This document shows, piece after piece, positions 1-9,763 of a DNA stretch of 64,000 nt (the first letter of the stretch is position 1; every line of letters starts with the position of its first letter). The position numbers and the translations under genes were made by a program. This stretch comes from Gemmatimonas sp. Its GTDB lineage: Bacteria > Gemmatimonadota > Gemmatimonadetes > Gemmatimonadales > Gemmatimonadaceae. The notes below the pieces were generated by a model. The model did not search any database and was not told the origin of the DNA. It was given only the letters and a program-made list of their open reading frames with translations. The stretch covers positions 1,216,001-1,280,000 of the forward strand of contig OZ257156.1 in assembly GCA_965279375.1 (NCBI GenBank). Direction: 5' to 3'.

Positions 1-99
1 GAGCCGGTGTTGCGTCCGTACGTGGAAGTGATGCTGGCGGAGGCCGAGCGCGCCAAGGACGATCGGTTGGAGCAGGTGGCGCGCCGTTTTCTGCGGTAG
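1..99 (+). CDS. 3' end of a CDS entering the window (unknown product)
   Basis: Frame 1 is open from base 1 (EPVLRPYVEVMLAEAERAKDDRLEQVARRFLR) to TAG at 97-99, with host-like codons. Confidence 0.55.
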   Translation, partial: EPVLRPYVEVMLAEAERAKDDRLEQVARRFLR

Positions 100-156
100 G
101 TCGCGCGTTGGCCCTGGTTTTGCCCTGTTCTGTTCGCTCTACGAGAGGAGCGGCAG

Positions 157-606
157 GTGAGCGAGGTCGGGTCGAGCGAGGTGCGAACGCTGGGTGTTCA
201 GCTCGTGTGGCTGTTCACGCTGGCCATTCCGGTGGCATGCGTGGCGTGGACGGTCACGCACGAGGAGCTCTTTCGGGAGCCGCGTGAATACTGCGAGCGG
301 CGCAGCACGACGGATGCGCGCTGGTGGGTGCGAAAGTTCTTCTATCTGGGCACCTGCGAGTACTGCTTCAGCCACTACGTGTCGTTGGGCGCGGTGCTGC
401 TGACCGGCTATCGATTGTTGCTGCCCGACTGGCGCGGTATTCCGCTGGCGTGGTTGGCGGTGGTGTGGGTGGCCAACCAGTACATGAGCATCCACGGCCG
501 ATTGCGCTTGGGGATCAAGAGTCAGCGGACGGAGATTCGCGTGCTGGAAGAGCAGCTCGCGCCGACGGAGCCGTCAGCGCCGGTGATTGTATCGTCGCGC
601 GAGTGA
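157..606 (+). CDS. Hypothetical membrane protein (CxxC motif)
   Basis: GAGGAG RBS upstream of GTG; hydrophobic segments; TCEYCFSH. Confidence 0.7.
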   Translation: MSEVGSSEVRTLGVQLVWLFTLAIPVACVAWTVTHEELFREPREYCERRSTTDARWWVRKFFYLGTCEYCFSHYVSLGAVLLTGYRLLLPDWRGIPLAWLAVVWVANQYMSIHGRLRLGIKSQRTEIRVLEEQLAPTEPSAPVIVSSRE

Positions 607-663
607 AGCCGAGTCGTCACCGTTCATCTGGTGACGCGAACTCTGACGAGCACTCTCGAGCCC

Positions 664-1233
664 TCAACGCTCGCCGTGGACTTCGCCGAACAATGCGTCG
701 AGCTGAATGACGAGCGGCGCGGTAGCGCCTGTTGGTTGCCAGGTGATGGACTCGATGGCGATTTCCGGGCGGTCGGCGTCTGGCGTCCATCGTTCGACGA
801 GACGCGCGTCGAGGTCCACGATCCAGTACTCGACGCCGTAGCGCTGGTAGCGCTGACGCTTGGTGATGCGATCGTATCGCGCGGTGCTGGGTGAGAGCAC
901 TTCCACGAAGAGCAGCGGCATGCCCGTGTCCTGCTGCGACTGCGGCAGCTTGCCATCCACCAGCGGTAGCACGAACACATCAGGCTGCACGAGCGTGAAC
1001 GTGTCCAGCTCGAGCTCACCGGGCGCGGAGAACGCTGCCGCCACCCGCTGCTCGCGCCCGTAGTTCCATAGCAATTGCTGCAGCAGAAACGCGGCAGCCT
1101 GATGGGGAAGCCGCGGTCCCGGGCTCACCAGCAGCTCCCCGTCCACGCACTCGAAACGACGCCCCGGTTCGTCCGGCAGCGCGCGCACCGCCTCAGCAGT
1201 CCAGCGACGGGATTCCACGGCAGGCATTGCCAT
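664..1233 (-). CDS. Uma2 family restriction-endonuclease-like protein
   Basis: ECVDGELLVSP, QPDVFV, VEVLSPST, GVEYWIVD; start taken at MAMPAVE. Confidence 0.9.
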   Translation of the reverse strand: MAMPAVESRRWTAEAVRALPDEPGRRFECVDGELLVSPGPRLPHQAAAFLLQQLLWNYGREQRVAAAFSAPGELELDTFTLVQPDVFVLPLVDGKLPQSQQDTGMPLLFVEVLSPSTARYDRITKRQRYQRYGVEYWIVDLDARLVERWTPDADRPEIAIESITWQPTGATAPLVIQLDALFGEVHGER

Positions 1234-1441
1234 ACATTGCTCGGCGAACGGATGAACGCGCAAGGGATCATGTGCCATACTCGCACCCGTGCGTCAGTGA
1301 CACGTCAGCGATCAATCGGCGTATCAATGCGTTGCACGAAATAGGTACGAAGACGTGCTGATGGTTTGATGATCCATTCACGGTTTTCGCGAAACGCAAG
1401 CCGTGGAAATCACCACGCGCCGCGCATAGGTTGCGCGGTCC

Positions 1442-3748
1442 ATGACTGACACGCTTGCTCCCGACATCGTCGCGCGCGTCGCGACGGAACTCTCGCTCGC
1501 ACCGCAACAGGTGCGCAGCACGCTCGCCCTCTTCGCCGAGGGTGCGACTCTTCCATTTGTGGCACGCTACCGCAAGGAAGCCACCGGTGGACTCGATGAA
1601 GTGCAGCTCCGCGATGTGCGTGAGCGCGCTGAGTATCTCAAGGAACTCGAAGATCGTCGCGCCGCGATCATCAAGAGCGTGGACGAGCAGGGAAAGCTCG
1701 ACGATGCGCTGCGTGCACAGATTCTCGCCGCCGACACCAAGCAGGCACTCGAAGATCTCTATCTTCCCTTCAAGCCCAAGCGTCGCACGCGCGCGATGAT
1801 TGCGCGTGAACGTGGACTGGGCGCGTTGGCCGAGTCGCTGTGGGCAGGCGCGATGAGCGATGCGGAGATTGTCGCATTGGCCGCCACGTTCGTGCACAGC
1901 AACGGCGAAGCGGGCTTGCATGTGCCCACCGTCGACGCCGCACTGCTCGGCGCGCGCGACATTCTCTCCGAGCAGATCTCCGAAGACGCCGTCATTCGCG
2001 GCTGGGTGCGCGAAGTCACGCGTGCCAAGGGATCGGTGAAGAGCACCGTGCTGGCCGACAAGGTCAGCGACGATTCGAAGTTCAAGGACTATTTCGACTT
2101 CAGCGAATCGCTGGGCACGATTCCGTCGCACCGCATGCTGGCCATTCGCCGCGGCGAGACGGAAGGCGAGTTGCTGTGGCGTGTGGAAGCGCCGCTGGAA
2201 GAGATCAACGCACGTCTCGCGCGCGAAGTGATCGGCACGCGCAAGGCGACGGAGCAGCTCACGCTCGTTGCGACCGATTGCTATCGCCGTCTGCTGTCGC
2301 CAGCCATCGAAGTGGAGCTGCGCGTGGAGCTCAAGACGCGCGCCGACGACGAAGCGATCACGATCTTCGGACGCAACCTCGAGCAGTTGTTGCTGTCGTC
2401 ACCTGCTGGTGAGAAGAAAGTGCTGGGGCTCGATCCGGGTTTCCGCACCGGTGTGAAGGTGGCGCTGGTGAGTGCGACGGGCGCGCTGCTGCACACCGAC
2501 ACGCTGTATCTGCATCAGGAAGATCGCTTTGCCGGCGCGATTCGCTCGCTGGTCACGCGCTTCACTCCTGAGCTGATCGCGATCGGCAACGGCACCGCCA
2601 GCCGCGAGACGGAAACGCTGGTGAAGGCGGCGCTGCGCGAACTGGATCCACCCGCCGATGGTGTGCGCACGCAAGTCGTCGTCGTCAACGAAGCAGGCGC
2701 GTCGGTCTACTCTGCGTCCGATCTCGCGCGCGCCGAGTTTCCCGATCTCGACGTGAGCATCCGTGGCGCGGTGTCGATCGCACGTCGGTTGCAGGATCCG
2801 CTGGCTGAGTTGGTGAAGATCGATCCCAAGTCGATTGGTGTGGGGCAGTATCAGCACGACGTACATCAGACGAAGCTCAAGCAGCGTCTCGACGATATCG
2901 TCGAAAGCTGCGTGAACCGCGTGGGCGTGGAAGTGAACACGGCATCAGCGGCGTTGCTGGCGTATGTCGCGGGCATCGGCCCCGGCCTGGCGCAGAGCAT
3001 CGTGACGCTGCGCGATCAGCGCGGTCGTTTAGTGTCGCGCGCAGATCTGAAAGACGTGCCACGTCTCGGTGCCAAGGCGTTCGAGCAGGCCGCCGGTTTC
3101 TTGCGCGTGCGCGGCGGTGCGCATCCGCTCGATAGCAGCGCGGTGCATCCTGAGCGTTATGCCCTCGTCGAGCGCATGGCCAAGGATCTGGGTGTGCAGG
3201 TGAGCGCGCTGGTGGGCAACGACACGCTCGTGGACACCATCTCGCTGTCGCAGTACGTCAGCGATGACGTCGGCATGCCGACGCTGCGCGACATCGTGGC
3301 TGAGCTCAAGAAGCCGGGTCGTGACCCGCGTTCAGCATTCGAGCCGCCCGCGTTCCGCGAAGACCTCAACAAGCCGTCCGATCTCCTCCCGGGGATGGTG
3401 CTGGAAGGCGTCGTAACGAACATCGTCGCGTTCGGCGCCTTCGTGGATGTCGGCGTGCACCAGGACGGACTCGTGCACGTCAGCCAGATCGCTGATCGCT
3501 ACGTGAAAGACCCCAACGACGTGGTGAAGGTCGGGCAGAAGGTGCAGGTGACGGTGCAGAGCGTCGATCTGGCGCGCGGTCGCATCGCCCTGACCATGAA
3601 GAAGGAGCCCAAGCCCACGGGTGAGGGCGCGAGTGCTCGTCCGGAGCAGGCGACTCGTGCGCCGCTCAAGGGGGGCTTCAAGCCTGCCGCGAAGCCGTTC
3701 GTGCCCACCAAGGGTGCAGTCGCTCCGAACGGGATCCGATTCAAGTAG
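1442..3748 (+). CDS. tex: Tex family RNA-binding transcription accessory protein
   Basis: GATLPFVARYRKE, GLDPGFRTG, EAGASVYSAS, SIGVGQYQHDV, C-terminal S1 domain. Confidence 0.96.
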   Translation: MTDTLAPDIVARVATELSLAPQQVRSTLALFAEGATLPFVARYRKEATGGLDEVQLRDVRERAEYLKELEDRRAAIIKSVDEQGKLDDALRAQILAADTKQALEDLYLPFKPKRRTRAMIARERGLGALAESLWAGAMSDAEIVALAATFVHSNGEAGLHVPTVDAALLGARDILSEQISEDAVIRGWVREVTRAKGSVKSTVLADKVSDDSKFKDYFDFSESLGTIPSHRMLAIRRGETEGELLWRVEAPLEEINARLAREVIGTRKATEQLTLVATDCYRRLLSPAIEVELRVELKTRADDEAITIFGRNLEQLLLSSPAGEKKVLGLDPGFRTGVKVALVSATGALLHTDTLYLHQEDRFAGAIRSLVTRFTPELIAIGNGTASRETETLVKAALRELDPPADGVRTQVVVVNEAGASVYSASDLARAEFPDLDVSIRGAVSIARRLQDPLAELVKIDPKSIGVGQYQHDVHQTKLKQRLDDIVESCVNRVGVEVNTASAALLAYVAGIGPGLAQSIVTLRDQRGRLVSRADLKDVPRLGAKAFEQAAGFLRVRGGAHPLDSSAVHPERYALVERMAKDLGVQVSALVGNDTLVDTISLSQYVSDDVGMPTLRDIVAELKKPGRDPRSAFEPPAFREDLNKPSDLLPGMVLEGVVTNIVAFGAFVDVGVHQDGLVHVSQIADRYVKDPNDVVKVGQKVQVTVQSVDLARGRIALTMKKEPKPTGEGASARPEQATRAPLKGGFKPAAKPFVPTKGAVAPNGIRFK

Positions 3749-3803
3749 ACTAAGGGCAGTCGCGGGTCAGACCGCGTGTTCCTCTTCGTCTCAGGTCCCG
3801 CCT

Positions 3804-5738
3804 ATGCCCCGCCTCGTTTCCGCCACGCGCCGCCGGTCGCTCTCGTTCTGTGCACTCGTCGCCACCCCGATGAGTGCGCTCAGCCTGATCGCCTGCGGCG
3901 CGAGTCGTACCATGCCCGCGTCGTCGTCCACGCCTGCGTCAACCGCTAACGCGCCTGCCGCACAGACCGCGATGGCTCCGCGCGATGTCGCGGCAGACCG
4001 GCGTTGGGCAGACTCCGTACTGGCGACCCTCTCCACGCGGCAGAAAGCGGCGCAGCTCGTGTGGGTGTGGTCGCTCGGCGACTACTCGGCGGTGGACCAG
4101 CCGGGGTGGAAGCGACTCGAAACGCTCATTCACGATCAGGAGTTGGGCGGCGCGATCGTATCGGTGGGCGGACCGCTCGACATCGCCGCCAAGGTGAACG
4201 CGATGCAGCGTGCGGGGCGGTTGCCGTTGCTCATCGGAGCTGACCTCGAGACGGGCGCCGCGTTCCGTGCGCGCGGTGGCTGGTTTCTTCCCAACGCGAT
4301 CGAACTGGGCGGGGCGACATCGTTCCCGTACTCGATGGGCGTCGGCGCCACGCGCGACACGATGTTGGCCTACGAGATGGGTCGCGTGACCGCAGTGGAA
4401 GGCCGCGCGATGGGCATCCACTTCGGCTTTGCGCCGGTGCTGGACGTCAACAACAACGCCGGCAACCCGGTCATCAGCGCGCGCTCGTTCGGTGAAGACC
4501 CCAAGCTCGTCGCGCGCATGGGCGCCGCGTTCATTCGCGGCATGCAGGAACACGGCATGCTCGCGACGGCCAAGCACTTCCCCGGTCACGGCGACACCAA
4601 GCAGAACTCGCATCTCGAACTGGCGCGCGTGGATGTCTCGCGCGCGCGCCTCGACAGCGTGGAGCTCTATCCGTTTCAGGCCGCGATCGACGCTGGCGTG
4701 CGCAGCGTGATGACGTTCCACGGCGATTTCCCCGCGCTCGATACCACGCGCACGGCTGCAACGCTGAGTAAGGTCGTCATGACCGATCTGCTGCGCACCA
4801 AGATGGGCTTCAAGGGCATCCTCGTCACCGACGCGATGGACATGAACGGCGTGTTGGGGAAGATGACGATGGCCGAAGCGACGCAGCGCGCGATCGAGGC
4901 CGGCAACGATGTCATCCTGATGCCCACCGACGTGAAGGTCGCCATCGAGGCGATCGTCGCCGGCGTGCAGAGCGGACGCTTCACGATGGCGCGTCTCGAT
5001 TCGTCGGTGACCAAGCTGCTGATGGCCAAGCACGAGTTCGGGTTGCATCGCAATCGCATTGTCGATCTCGAAACCGTACGCTCGGTTGTGAATGTCGCGG
5101 CCAACGAGAAGCCGGCGCAGAATGCCGCCGAATCGGCAATCACGCTCGTGCGCGACTCACTGTCGCTGGTGCCATTCAAGATGGAGCGTACGGCGCGCGT
5201 GGTCAGCATCACCGTCACGCCGCGCGTGGATCTGAGTGCGGGACGCATCTTCGATGCAGAGCTGACGCGCATGTATCCCAAGCTGCTGTCGCTCACGCTG
5301 AGCCCTGAGGTCGTGGCGGACAACACGGCGGGCGCGGCATCGGGTGGCACGGGCACCTACGCGATCAATCCGGAACCGGCGCTGCTGCCGGCCTCGGTGC
5401 AGAACGCGCTCTCAATCGCCAAGGGCGCCGACCTCGTGATCGTGTCCAGCTACATCGGTGCGAGTACCAACACCGCATCGATGGTGCCCACGCAGGGCGT
5501 GCCCGAACTGCTGAACGGACTGCGCGCCGCCAACACCAAGGTCGTGCTGGTGTCGTTCCTCAATCCGTATCTCGCGCAGGGGCTGCCGCTCACCGACGCG
5601 CATCTGATCGCGTGGAGCCCGTGGACGCCGTCGCAGCGTGCGGCGGCGCGCGCGTTGTTGGGGCGCATTCCCATCACGGGGCAGCTGCCGATCACGATCC
5701 CGGGTGTGGCGCCGTACGGAGCGGGGCTCAAGCGCTGA
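3804..5738 (+). CDS. Glycoside hydrolase family 3 (beta-N-acetylhexosaminidase-like), probable lipoprotein
   Basis: FAPVLDV, RSFGEDP, KHFPGHGDT..SH, TDAMDM; LIAC lipobox; start taken at MPRLV. Confidence 0.9.
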   Translation: MPRLVSATRRRSLSFCALVATPMSALSLIACGASRTMPASSSTPASTANAPAAQTAMAPRDVAADRRWADSVLATLSTRQKAAQLVWVWSLGDYSAVDQPGWKRLETLIHDQELGGAIVSVGGPLDIAAKVNAMQRAGRLPLLIGADLETGAAFRARGGWFLPNAIELGGATSFPYSMGVGATRDTMLAYEMGRVTAVEGRAMGIHFGFAPVLDVNNNAGNPVISARSFGEDPKLVARMGAAFIRGMQEHGMLATAKHFPGHGDTKQNSHLELARVDVSRARLDSVELYPFQAAIDAGVRSVMTFHGDFPALDTTRTAATLSKVVMTDLLRTKMGFKGILVTDAMDMNGVLGKMTMAEATQRAIEAGNDVILMPTDVKVAIEAIVAGVQSGRFTMARLDSSVTKLLMAKHEFGLHRNRIVDLETVRSVVNVAANEKPAQNAAESAITLVRDSLSLVPFKMERTARVVSITVTPRVDLSAGRIFDAELTRMYPKLLSLTLSPEVVADNTAGAASGGTGTYAINPEPALLPASVQNALSIAKGADLVIVSSYIGASTNTASMVPTQGVPELLNGLRAANTKVVLVSFLNPYLAQGLPLTDAHLIAWSPWTPSQRAAARALLGRIPITGQLPITIPGVAPYGAGLKR

Positions 5739-5754
5739 CGCGCGGTTCCTCGCG

Positions 5755-6096
5755 ATGTGGCACACTGAGACGCCGTGGTTCACGGTGGCGCTGATCAGCG
5801 CGATCTTCGCCGTTGGTGGCGTGGTCTTTGGCCGGTTCGAGCAACACAAGCCGTGGTGGCGCCGTGTCCTGAAGCAGCTGCTCGTCGTCGGGGTGTTCGT
5901 CCTCCTCGACCGCTTTGCGGGGCGTTCGTGGATGTACGGTCTGCTGAGCCTGATGGGCGTTGGCGTGTTGTATATCCACGGGTGGTGGTTGCCGCATCAC
6001 GGCATCAACGGCTGGACCGCGGAACCCTACGACCAGTACCTCGCTTTGATCACCAGGAAGAAGCGTCGCGATTCTACATCGTCGTCGGCAACGTGA
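5755..6096 (+). CDS. Small hypothetical membrane protein
   Basis: MWHTETPWF start after the GH3 stop; three hydrophobic helices; HGINGWTAEP. Confidence 0.7.
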   Translation: MWHTETPWFTVALISAIFAVGGVVFGRFEQHKPWWRRVLKQLLVVGVFVLLDRFAGRSWMYGLLSLMGVGVLYIHGWWLPHHGINGWTAEPYDQYLALITRKKRRDSTSSSAT

Positions 6097-6120
6097 CCCG
6101 CGATTGGCCGCAACGGTGAA

Positions 6121-7554
6121 TCAATCCAGTGCGAGTGTTAGCTGCGTGCACGTCGCGATCCGCTGATTGTGCAGCACGGTCGCCGCGACTGCCGCCGCAC
6201 CGGTCATCAACGCCTCCGCTCTTCCGTGTGTGATGCCGAACCGTGTGCCGCGATTCGGCGAGTCCAGCATCAGCTCCAGATACGCGCGCTCCGACGGGAA
6301 GCGCGCCAGGTTCTGCGAAGCCTTCGCAAACGACTCGCGCACCTCGTCGCGCGGACCGGTGAGCACTTCACGCACACTGCCACACGACGAGAACGCCAGC
6401 TCCTGCAGCCGCTCATAGCGCACGGTGCGCGGCAGCTTCGTGTCGTTGGCCTCCACCATGCGGCGCGCCATGATCGCATCGGACTCGGCCTGCGTCGACG
6501 CCTTCTTTCCCACCAGCGTCGGGCGCTTGGGCAGCGGCGCCGTTAGTTCGAGACCGCGCGCGTTGCCCGTGACTTCGTACAGTTGATGCAAGCCGTCGCG
6601 GCCGATGTCGATGATCACGCGACCAATGAGCGCGTCGATCGTGTACGATCCGTTGTCGATGTACATGAAGCCGAACGAGACGATGGTCTTGAGCGCTGCT
6701 TCTGCACGCGCCGCGTCACCAAGCGCGAGGTAGTAGGCCGCGCGGGAGACCCCGGCGTACGCGAGCGCCTTCGTGTCTGCGAAGCGCGTGATCGGCATTG
6801 CCGGTGAGAACGCGTCCTCGCGGAACGGCAGCACGAACTGTCCGCCGATGACATCCACCTGTGCCGCGCTCGCCACGCGCTCCACGTCGCGCCAGATCGG
6901 CGCCTCGGCGACACTCTTGAGATACGCCATCTCTTCCGGTGTGAAGCCACCAGACGCATGCATCACCACCTGTGATGCCGCCATCGCATCGAGCCCCTGC
7001 GTCCGCGGAGCAGGGAACATGCCGATCGTTTTCTGCTGTGTCTGCCACGGCCGCTCGTACACCGTCGCAACGGGATGCATCGGGAAGTGCTCGTCCTGCA
7101 GCATCGCATTCACTGCCGTCGATGTACGCGAGCGCGGCGAACGCAGTGCGTTCAGTGCGCGGCCGGCGGCTTCGGCGGAGATTGTCGCATCACGCGGCAC
7201 CATTAGCGGCCGCAATCGTTCTGCATCGGCGATGCGGTCTGCGACGGTGCTACCGTAGTCAGAGCGCAGGCCATCTCGGCTGGCCAGATACACCAGCGGC
7301 ACGGCAGAGATGAGCGCTATTCCGATCACACCGCTGCGCACGAAGTCGAGTACGAACTGAGTGAACGCGTTGCGTTGACGCGGCGCGTTGGTCGCCACGC
7401 GAAGGTCGCCTGCCGCCTGCGCGCTTGCCGACGCGGCAGCTCCACCAGCGGCCACGGGTGCGAGTCCCTGCGCCCCGAACCACCCCGAGGGATTGGCGTG
7501 TGCTTCGCGCGAGTTCACGGCGCGCGCCTTCGTACGCTGCGGATCATTCGTCAT
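6121..7554 (-). CDS. Hypothetical membrane-anchored protein
   Basis: Long ORF directly downstream of the kinase; GGAG RBS before MTNDPQR; one TM segment. Confidence 0.7.
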   Translation of the reverse strand: MTNDPQRTKARAVNSREAHANPSGWFGAQGLAPVAAGGAAASASAQAAGDLRVATNAPRQRNAFTQFVLDFVRSGVIGIALISAVPLVYLASRDGLRSDYGSTVADRIADAERLRPLMVPRDATISAEAAGRALNALRSPRSRTSTAVNAMLQDEHFPMHPVATVYERPWQTQQKTIGMFPAPRTQGLDAMAASQVVMHASGGFTPEEMAYLKSVAEAPIWRDVERVASAAQVDVIGGQFVLPFREDAFSPAMPITRFADTKALAYAGVSRAAYYLALGDAARAEAALKTIVSFGFMYIDNGSYTIDALIGRVIIDIGRDGLHQLYEVTGNARGLELTAPLPKRPTLVGKKASTQAESDAIMARRMVEANDTKLPRTVRYERLQELAFSSCGSVREVLTGPRDEVRESFAKASQNLARFPSERAYLELMLDSPNRGTRFGITHGRAEALMTGAAAVAATVLHNQRIATCTQLTLALD

Positions 7555-7570
7555 GGTCGCTCCGGGTGCG

Positions 7571-9544
7571 TTACAGCGGCGTGAGTTCGAGCGCGTGTCC
7601 AGGCAGGCGCCGTTGGCCACGCACATCGCTCGGTGGCGTGCGCATGGTATCGGCGTTCGCCGACGTGGCGTCGCTCGGCGTAATCAGCAACGCTTCCACC
7701 TCCGCCTGCGCGTCGATCATGCGCGCGACATCCGCCGAGATATGCTCTGCCTGATCGATGTGCGTCGTGAAGGCTTCGAGCGACAATGAACCGGCGTGCA
7801 GTCGCAGCAGGTTGAGGCGAATCGTTTCCATCGCGCCCACGGTTGCACGCAGTCGCTCCTGCACGGCCGTCCGTTCGATGAACGTGTCCGACGTGGCTTG
7901 CTGGACGGCGTCCATGCACTGGCGCAACGACTGCGCATCGCGCTGCAATCGCTGCAAGAGCGCCGGCACATCGCCGAGCGACTCGCGTGTGGCCTTCGGC
8001 AGACTGTCGAACAGTTCTTCCGCCGCCAAGCCAAGCGACAGCTCCGTGGCGCGGTGGGTCATGGCACGCGCAACTGGTGCAGCGCCACGCAACCGCTTGG
8101 CGATCGCGAACGCCCACGTGCCGGCCTGGCCGCTCCAGAGTATGCTCCAGAATTCTACGTCCACGTCTCGGTGTGACTGCAGCAGCGCCAGATACGCCAA
8201 TCCCGATGCGAGCGCGGTGACGAATCCGATCCCGGCCAACCCGCCGAGCAACAGACCCTCGTACTGCATGCCGGCCATGATCGCCATCGCCAACAGCGCC
8301 ACCGACGTCGAGCCGGACACCATCGCCACAGATCGCATCGCGCGCTCGAGCAGCGTCCGCACGCGACTCGGCGCGCCACTGCGCTCTTCGCGACTGCTTT
8401 CCTGTTCCGCGCGAAACGCGGGCACGATGTCCGCCTGCGCGAAGCCTTGTCGCAGCAGCTGTCGTGCGGCCAGAATGCCAAACGTGGCAGTCGCCAGCGC
8501 GACGCCACCGCAGAGGACCGCAACACCGGCGGCCACGCCAGCCATCTTGCTGGTGATTACGCCTACGACCGTGGCCGCGCTCAGGCTAAGCACCGAGCCC
8601 CCGCCATCCAAGCGCCCGTTGCGCTTCACAAATGCGCGCAGCGCCACTGGCAGCTCGCGTCGCTGTTCGATCGCCACGCCCAGCTGATCCGCCAACTCCT
8701 GCGCACTGCGCGGCCGTTGCGCCGGATCTTTGGCCAGGCAGCGGTCCACCAGCTGCGCCAGCTTGCGCGGTACCGCCAGCCCGATGCTCGAGAGCGCCGG
8801 CGCCGGTTCGCTGACGTGCTTGCCGAGCAGCTCCGCGGCCGTCCGCCCCTCGAATGGCAGTCGCCCGCTGAGCGCCCAGAACGCCGTCGCGCCGAGCGAG
8901 TACAGATCGCTCCGCGCGTCCACTTCGCGGCCGAGGGCCTGCTCGGGACTCATGAACTCGGGAGTTCCGATGACAGGAGCGCCGACAGGGTGATCAACAG
9001 TCACCTGCTCGCCCGTCGCGGATTCCCCCGTCGCCGCCGCGATTCCGAAATCCGCCACCAACGCGCGCCCCGACGCCGCCTCGATCAGGATGTTGTCCGG
9101 CTTCACGTCGCGGTGCACCAACCCCTGGCTGTGCGCGTGACCCAATGCCCACGCGGCCTCGCGCAGAATGCGTATTCCCTCACTCGCCGAGAGCGGCCCA
9201 CGCGATTGCACCCGCTGCGCCAACGTCTCGCCATCCACGAACGACATCACGAAATACACGAACCCATCCGTCTCATTCACGGAGTGGATCGGGATGATGT
9301 GCGGGTGCGACAACTTGGCCGCCAGCTGTGCTTCCCGCAGGAAGCGATCGCGGAGCGCGGGACGCAGCGCCAACTCCGGCGGCAGCAGTTTGATCGCCAC
9401 CAGCCGGTCCAGATGGACCTCGCGGGCGAGGTACACGACCCCCATGCCGCCACGTCCCAGCTCGCGGTCGATCGAGTAGCGACCGGCCAGCGCCATCTGA
9501 AATGACAGGAAGAGCGGATCGGGCGCGGTTGGCAGGGCCGTCAT
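7571..9544 (-). CDS. Hanks-type Ser/Thr protein kinase with TM segments
   Basis: LGRGGMGVVY, VAIK, HRDVKPDN, DFG, GTPEFMSPEQ; start taken at MTALP. Confidence 0.95.
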   Translation of the reverse strand: MTALPTAPDPLFLSFQMALAGRYSIDRELGRGGMGVVYLAREVHLDRLVAIKLLPPELALRPALRDRFLREAQLAAKLSHPHIIPIHSVNETDGFVYFVMSFVDGETLAQRVQSRGPLSASEGIRILREAAWALGHAHSQGLVHRDVKPDNILIEAASGRALVADFGIAAATGESATGEQVTVDHPVGAPVIGTPEFMSPEQALGREVDARSDLYSLGATAFWALSGRLPFEGRTAAELLGKHVSEPAPALSSIGLAVPRKLAQLVDRCLAKDPAQRPRSAQELADQLGVAIEQRRELPVALRAFVKRNGRLDGGGSVLSLSAATVVGVITSKMAGVAAGVAVLCGGVALATATFGILAARQLLRQGFAQADIVPAFRAEQESSREERSGAPSRVRTLLERAMRSVAMVSGSTSVALLAMAIMAGMQYEGLLLGGLAGIGFVTALASGLAYLALLQSHRDVDVEFWSILWSGQAGTWAFAIAKRLRGAAPVARAMTHRATELSLGLAAEELFDSLPKATRESLGDVPALLQRLQRDAQSLRQCMDAVQQATSDTFIERTAVQERLRATVGAMETIRLNLLRLHAGSLSLEAFTTHIDQAEHISADVARMIDAQAEVEALLITPSDATSANADTMRTPPSDVRGQRRLPGHALELTPL

Positions 9545-9763
9545 GGGATCAGATCGGGGGTGACGTCGGGCTCGCTTATCGACTCCGGGGCGTCGGTTCG
9601 CGTCACGCGCGCCGAGCAACCTTTGGAGGCGCGATCGGTCCCAAGAGGTGCCGCTCCGTCCCGGTTGCCTTTCGTAACCTGTGCACCGGTCCCAGCGTAC
9701 AGACTGCGCGACGACGCCACTCGCGCCTCGTCGCCCCTTCCTTCCTCGAGCGGTCCCCTGCCT